This document shows, in pieces, positions 63,775 through 64,000 of a DNA stretch of 64,000 nucleotides (position 1 is the first letter of the stretch; each line of letters begins with the position of its first letter). The stretch is from Antedon mediterranea. Lineage: Eukaryota > Animalia > Echinodermata. The stretch spans positions 2,046,001 through 2,110,000 of the forward strand of contig NC_092672.1 of the NCBI RefSeq assembly GCF_964355755.1, given 5' to 3'. The position numbers and the translations under genes were made by a program. Below the pieces are notes generated by a model, which did no database searches, was not told the origin of the DNA, and worked only from the letters and a program-made list of their open reading frames with translations.

Positions 63775-64000
63775 CTAGGCCTATACTTTTATTATATCTA
63801 TAGGCTAGCTAGGCCCTAACTAGACGACTACAGAGTAGGACTAGTAGCCTACTTACTAGCTCTAGCTAGGCCTACCGAATCTACCTAGCCTGACTGAGTG
63901 AGTAATGCCTAGTTAAGTTAAAAGGGTAGCCGGGTAGCCTAGAGGCTAGGCCTACTTAACTAGGCCTAGGCCTAGCTACTAGCTAGAGCCTAGGCCCTAC
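63775..64000. repeat. Low-complexity cluster of TAGGCCTA/CTAG palindromes upstream of the KLHL17 ATG
   Basis: Dense TAGGCCTA, CTAGCTAG and TAGCCTA motifs. Confidence 0.6.

Overview
AT-rich, intron-containing animal genomic DNA. The repeat content suggests a marine invertebrate deuterostome, plausibly an echinoderm (inference). Four complete spliced genes were reconstructed by hand with GT-AG junctions and consistent phase: (1) a minus-strand M14A metallocarboxypeptidase (1882-10505, 10 exons, 426 aa); (2) a divergently transcribed plus-strand M14A paralogue (13331-21744, 9 exons, 431 aa); (3) a 5-exon, 226-aa TylF/MycF/NovP-family SAM-dependent O-methyltransferase (27178-40400), a mostly bacterial family, almost invisible in the ORF track; (4) a KLHL17 orthologue (minus strand, 53349-63079, 9 exons, 576 aa). 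Between genes 3 and 4 is a tandem segmental duplication that created a second intact KLHL17 terminal exon, and there is a decayed extra copy of the methyltransferase last exon. The rest is MITEs, SINEs, HINE/DINE-like elements, truncated LINEs, Penelope-like ends with a hammerhead-like motif, and minisatellites. The standout is the intron-containing bacterial-type sugar O-methyltransferase.
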